A DNA stretch of 64,000 bases from Acidobacteriota bacterium (GTDB taxonomy: Bacteria; Acidobacteriota; Terriglobia; Bryobacterales; Bryobacteraceae): positions 39,195 to 103,194 of the forward strand of contig JAKOTR010000043.1 in NCBI GenBank assembly GCA_029776225.1, written 5' to 3'. This document shows positions 60,863 to 64,000 of this stretch, in pieces. Both the position numbers and the translations under genes were made by a program. Numbering within the stretch: position 1 is the stretch's first letter; every line of letters starts with the position of its first letter. Under the pieces are notes generated by a model. The model saw only the letters and a list, made by a program, of their open reading frames with translations. It ran no database searches and was not told the origin of the DNA.

Positions 60863-61651
60863 ATGCGCAAACTGGGCTGGGCACTTCTCGCTGTCTTCTT
60901 GTTGGGGGGCGCGCTGTCGGCTTGGCAGGTGGGTTTTCGTCCTCCGGACGAATACGACGACGACGCGCCTATCCCTCCCGACGCCAATGAAAAAACCGAG
61001 TGGGCGTTCGCCCGCCTGAAGTATCCTTCGATTTGGCGCCGGCGCTGGCGCGGCGGAAGTTGGACGACCGACTACCCCCGCGCGGACCGCCAGTTTGTCC
61101 AGGGCGTCCGCCGCCTTTCGCGCGTTCATGCTTGCTCGGCGGAGCGCGTTATCGACCTTTCCACCGACGAAATCTTCTACTGGCCGTGGGTGTACGCAGT
61201 CGAAGTCGGGCAGTGGGACCTTGGAGAAGCCGAGGCCGCCCGCTTGCGGGAATACCTGCTTCGCGGCGGCTTCCTCATGGTGGACGACTTCCACGGCACC
61301 TATGAGTGGCAGACTTTCATGGCCAGCATGAGGCGCGTCTTTCCGGACCGTCCCGTCGTGGATATCGACGACAAGGATCCTATCTTCCACGTGATCTACG
61401 ATCTTGACGAACGTTTCCAGGTTCCCGGGGTTCAATATCTCTACAGTGGAAGACTTTACGAAAGAGATGGGATCGAGCCGAAGTGGCGCGGCATCTACGA
61501 TGATAAGGGCCGCATTATGGTGGCCATCTGCCACAACATGGATCTTGGCGACGCGTGGGAATGGGCGGACGATCCGCGCTATCCCGAGCGTTTCGCGTCG
61601 CTCGCTTATCGCATAGGGGTCAACTACATCGTATATGCCATGACGCACTGA
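60863..61651 (+). CDS. DUF4159 domain protein
   Basis: Signal anchor. Conserved FYWPWVYAV...GGFLMVDDFHG block. Followed by a BatA-like gene as in aerotolerance-type operons. Confidence 0.65.
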   Translation: MRKLGWALLAVFLLGGALSAWQVGFRPPDEYDDDAPIPPDANEKTEWAFARLKYPSIWRRRWRGGSWTTDYPRADRQFVQGVRRLSRVHACSAERVIDLSTDEIFYWPWVYAVEVGQWDLGEAEAARLREYLLRGGFLMVDDFHGTYEWQTFMASMRRVFPDRPVVDIDDKDPIFHVIYDLDERFQVPGVQYLYSGRLYERDGIEPKWRGIYDDKGRIMVAICHNMDLGDAWEWADDPRYPERFASLAYRIGVNYIVYAMTH

Positions 61652-61663
61652 GGCGCGCCGCCG

Positions 61664-63892
61664 ATGTTCGAGTTTCTGTTCAAATATCCGGCAACGGTCT
61701 TTGCCAAGGGCAACCTCGTGCTGCTCTCGGGATGGCCGGTGTGGATTCTGGGCGCTGCCGTCGCGGCGCTGGCGGCGGTCCTCGGCTGGCAAGTCTGGCG
61801 GAATAGCACTCTCGGCGCGCGGCGCGTTGCGGTCTGGCTGCTCGAAACGGCGTTCGCCGCGCTGCTGTTGCTGCTGCTCTGGCATCCCGCCATCAGCATC
61901 GCGAGTCTCAAGCCGCAGGAAAATATCGTGGCCGTGCTGGTGGACGATTCGCGGAGCATGGGGATCCGCGAGGACGGCAAAACGCGCATCGAGCAAGCGC
62001 TCGCGACCCTGAACGGCGGCCTGCTCTCGGATTTGAAGCAGAAATTTCAGGTGCGCATCTACCGCTTCGGCGCGGATTTGGAGCGCGTGGACAATACCGA
62101 ATCGCTCACCGCGGCCCAGCCCGCGTCGCATCTGGCGGCGAGTCTCCGGCAGATGGCTGCCGAAGCTTCCAGCCTGCCCATCGGCGCAGCCATCGTGCTG
62201 AGCGATGGAGCGGAGAATTCCGGAGGCATCGAACTCGACACCATCTCGCAGCTCAAACGGCGCCGCTTGCCCGTGCATACCATCGGCTACGGCCGCGAGC
62301 ATCCGGCGCGCGACGTGGAGATTCAGGACGCCGTGCTGCCCGAGCGGGCTTTGGCAAATTCGAATGTAGTCGCCGTGGTCACGCTCCGCCAGTATGGCTA
62401 CGACCGGCAGAAGACGCGGCTGGTTGCGCGGGATGGCGGAAAGACGCTCGCCAGCAGGGAGATCACGCTCAAGGGAGCGGGCGTCGACCAGACCGAAACG
62501 CTCATGATTGAGGCCGGCGCCGCCGGCGCGCGCAGCATCGAAATTACGGTGGAATCCCTGCCGGACGAGGAGAACGTGCGCAACAACAAGCTCACGCGCG
62601 TGGTGAACGTGAGCGCGCAGAAGCCGCGCATCCTTTACGTCGAGGGCGAGCCGCGCTGGGAGATGAAATTTATCCGGCGCGCGCTCGAGGAAGACACGGC
62701 GCTTCGTCTCGTCTCGATTCTGCGCACTACCGAAAACAAGATTTACCGGCAGGGCATCGATCATCCCTCGGAGCTGGAAAAGGGGTTCCCCTCGAAGGCT
62801 GAGGAGCTTTTCGCGTTTCACGGCCTGATTTTCGGCAGCGTGGACGCGAACTACTTCACTCCCGGCCAGCAGGAACTCATCCGCGATTTCGTCGACCGCC
62901 GCGGCGGCGGCGTGCTCTTTCTCGGTGGCCGGGCCGCGCTTGCCGAGGGTGGCTACTCGCGGCCGCCGTTTTCCGATTTACTGCCGGTCACGCTGCCGGA
63001 CCGCAAGGGCACGTTCCATCGCGATCCGGCCGTTCTCGAAATGACTCCCATGGGCCGCGAGAGCGTCATTCTACGGCTGGTCGAGGACCCGGAAGCGAAC
63101 GTCGAGCGGTGGAAGAAGATGCCGCCGCTGGCGGATTACCAGGAGGTGGGCGAACCGAAACCTGGCGCCATCACGCTGGCCGTGCGCGGGCGCCATCCGC
63201 TGCTGGTCACGCAGAACTACGGGCGCGGCCGCACTGCCGTGTTCGCCACCGGCGGAAGCTGGCGCTGGCGCATGCTCCAGGATCACAAGGACCGCACGCA
63301 CGAGATTTTCTGGCGCCAGTTCCTGCGCTGGCTCGTAGCCGGCACTCCGGGCACGGTGACCTCCTCGACGCCGAAGCCCGTGCTCTACGACGAGGGCGCG
63401 GTGACGCTGGCGGCTGAGGTGCGCGACAAGTCCTTCCATCTCGTCTCGGACGCGCGCGTTGAGGCGCGAATCATCGGCCCGGGCGGCGCTACCGCTACTG
63501 TCGAGCTGACGCCCAACCCACAGGAGCAGGGCGCCTACACCGCTGCGTGGAGCGCGGATGAGCCCGGTTCCTATCTCGCCGAGATTATCGCCACCCGCGG
63601 CGGCGAGGAGTTGGGGCGCGACGTGGTGACCTTCAGCCGCGAGGACAGCGTCGCCGAGAACTTCCGCACCGGGCAGAATCGCGAGCTGCTAACCCGGCTT
63701 TCGGCCGAAACCGGCGGGCGCTACTACAGGCCCAATGAAGTCGCGAAGCTCGCCGAGGAAATTCAGTACTCCGAGGCCGGCATCACCGTCCGCGAGACGC
63801 GCGACCTTTGGGACATGCCCGCCGTGTTCTTGCTTGCGCTGATGTTGCGCGCGGCCGAATGGCTGCTGCGCCGGAAGTGGGGTGCGGTATGA
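61664..63892 (+). CDS. BatA-like membrane protein with N-terminal double-TM domain (TIGR02226-type), vWA-like region and C-terminal glutamine-amidotransferase-like fold
   Basis: N-term FKYPATVFAKGNLVLLSGWPVWILGAAVA double-TM. Large extracytoplasmic remainder. Confidence 0.6.
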   Translation: MFEFLFKYPATVFAKGNLVLLSGWPVWILGAAVAALAAVLGWQVWRNSTLGARRVAVWLLETAFAALLLLLLWHPAISIASLKPQENIVAVLVDDSRSMGIREDGKTRIEQALATLNGGLLSDLKQKFQVRIYRFGADLERVDNTESLTAAQPASHLAASLRQMAAEASSLPIGAAIVLSDGAENSGGIELDTISQLKRRRLPVHTIGYGREHPARDVEIQDAVLPERALANSNVVAVVTLRQYGYDRQKTRLVARDGGKTLASREITLKGAGVDQTETLMIEAGAAGARSIEITVESLPDEENVRNNKLTRVVNVSAQKPRILYVEGEPRWEMKFIRRALEEDTALRLVSILRTTENKIYRQGIDHPSELEKGFPSKAEELFAFHGLIFGSVDANYFTPGQQELIRDFVDRRGGGVLFLGGRAALAEGGYSRPPFSDLLPVTLPDRKGTFHRDPAVLEMTPMGRESVILRLVEDPEANVERWKKMPPLADYQEVGEPKPGAITLAVRGRHPLLVTQNYGRGRTAVFATGGSWRWRMLQDHKDRTHEIFWRQFLRWLVAGTPGTVTSSTPKPVLYDEGAVTLAAEVRDKSFHLVSDARVEARIIGPGGATATVELTPNPQEQGAYTAAWSADEPGSYLAEIIATRGGEELGRDVVTFSREDSVAENFRTGQNRELLTRLSAETGGRYYRPNEVAKLAEEIQYSEAGITVRETRDLWDMPAVFLLALMLRAAEWLLRRKWGAV

Positions 63893-64000
63893 GGACGTTC
63901 CATCGGCTGCTTCTTGAATCCGCCGCCGTGCTCTGGCTGGCCGCTCTGCCGGCATCCGCCGCAACCTATTACGTCACCGTGGCGGGACTCGGCGGCGAAC
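63889..64000 (+). CDS. Partial (5' end) hypothetical secreted protein, translationally coupled to the previous gene (ATGA)
   Basis: MRTFHRLLLESAAVLWLAALPASAATYYV... signal peptide. Runs off the window end. Confidence 0.4.
   Translation, partial: MRTFHRLLLESAAVLWLAALPASAATYYVTVAGLGGE

Noticed and set aside
60707-62821. 704-aa minus-strand ORF
   Set aside because: Antisense to two well-supported plus-strand genes (DUF4159, BatA-like). The predicted protein is Arg/His-rich low-complexity with no domain or start context. A typical high-GC antisense open frame.

Overview
High-GC (~65%) chromosomal segment, probably from an Acidobacteriota-like genome (inferred from Tat-secreted DUF1501/sulfatase genes, the CRTAC1 plus multihaem-TPR pair, the DUF4159/BatA-like operon and a Tes-like radical SAM gene). 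Dense coding on both strands. Housekeeping blocks: rpoD-dnaG, sdhCAB, a partial F-ATPase operon (atpZ/I/B/E), PhaR-phasin, NfeD-flotillin, Pcm, and an S41 protease. Most notable is a three-gene Mtr-like porin-cytochrome cluster (10615-15743) in the Shewanella mtrC-mtrA-mtrB order: an OmcA/MtrC-type decahaem with 5+5 haem architecture, a periplasmic MtrA-type decahaem, and a ~670-aa Cys-free beta-barrel-like protein. Second, a putative NO/O2-stress regulon: a Crp/Fnr regulator next to a hemerythrin gene, with four perfect GTGAC-N4-GTCAC dyads upstream of the hemerythrin, RIC/ScdA and radical SAM/SPASM genes. Three of these dyads sit inside a 39-bp-period tandem repeat array in the RIC/radical-SAM divergent promoter. 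Other points: a fused NfnB-NfnA polypeptide operonic with RIC and a CDF transporter; a Tes-like radical SAM gene with tandem CX3CX2C motifs; a sulfatase-family protein with Gly at the formylglycine position; an ATP synthase c subunit with a Na+-binding-type signature; and a minus-strand Gly-rich secreted protein at the 5' window edge that the ORF track misses. Many long ORFs in the track are antisense artefacts of high GC and were rejected.
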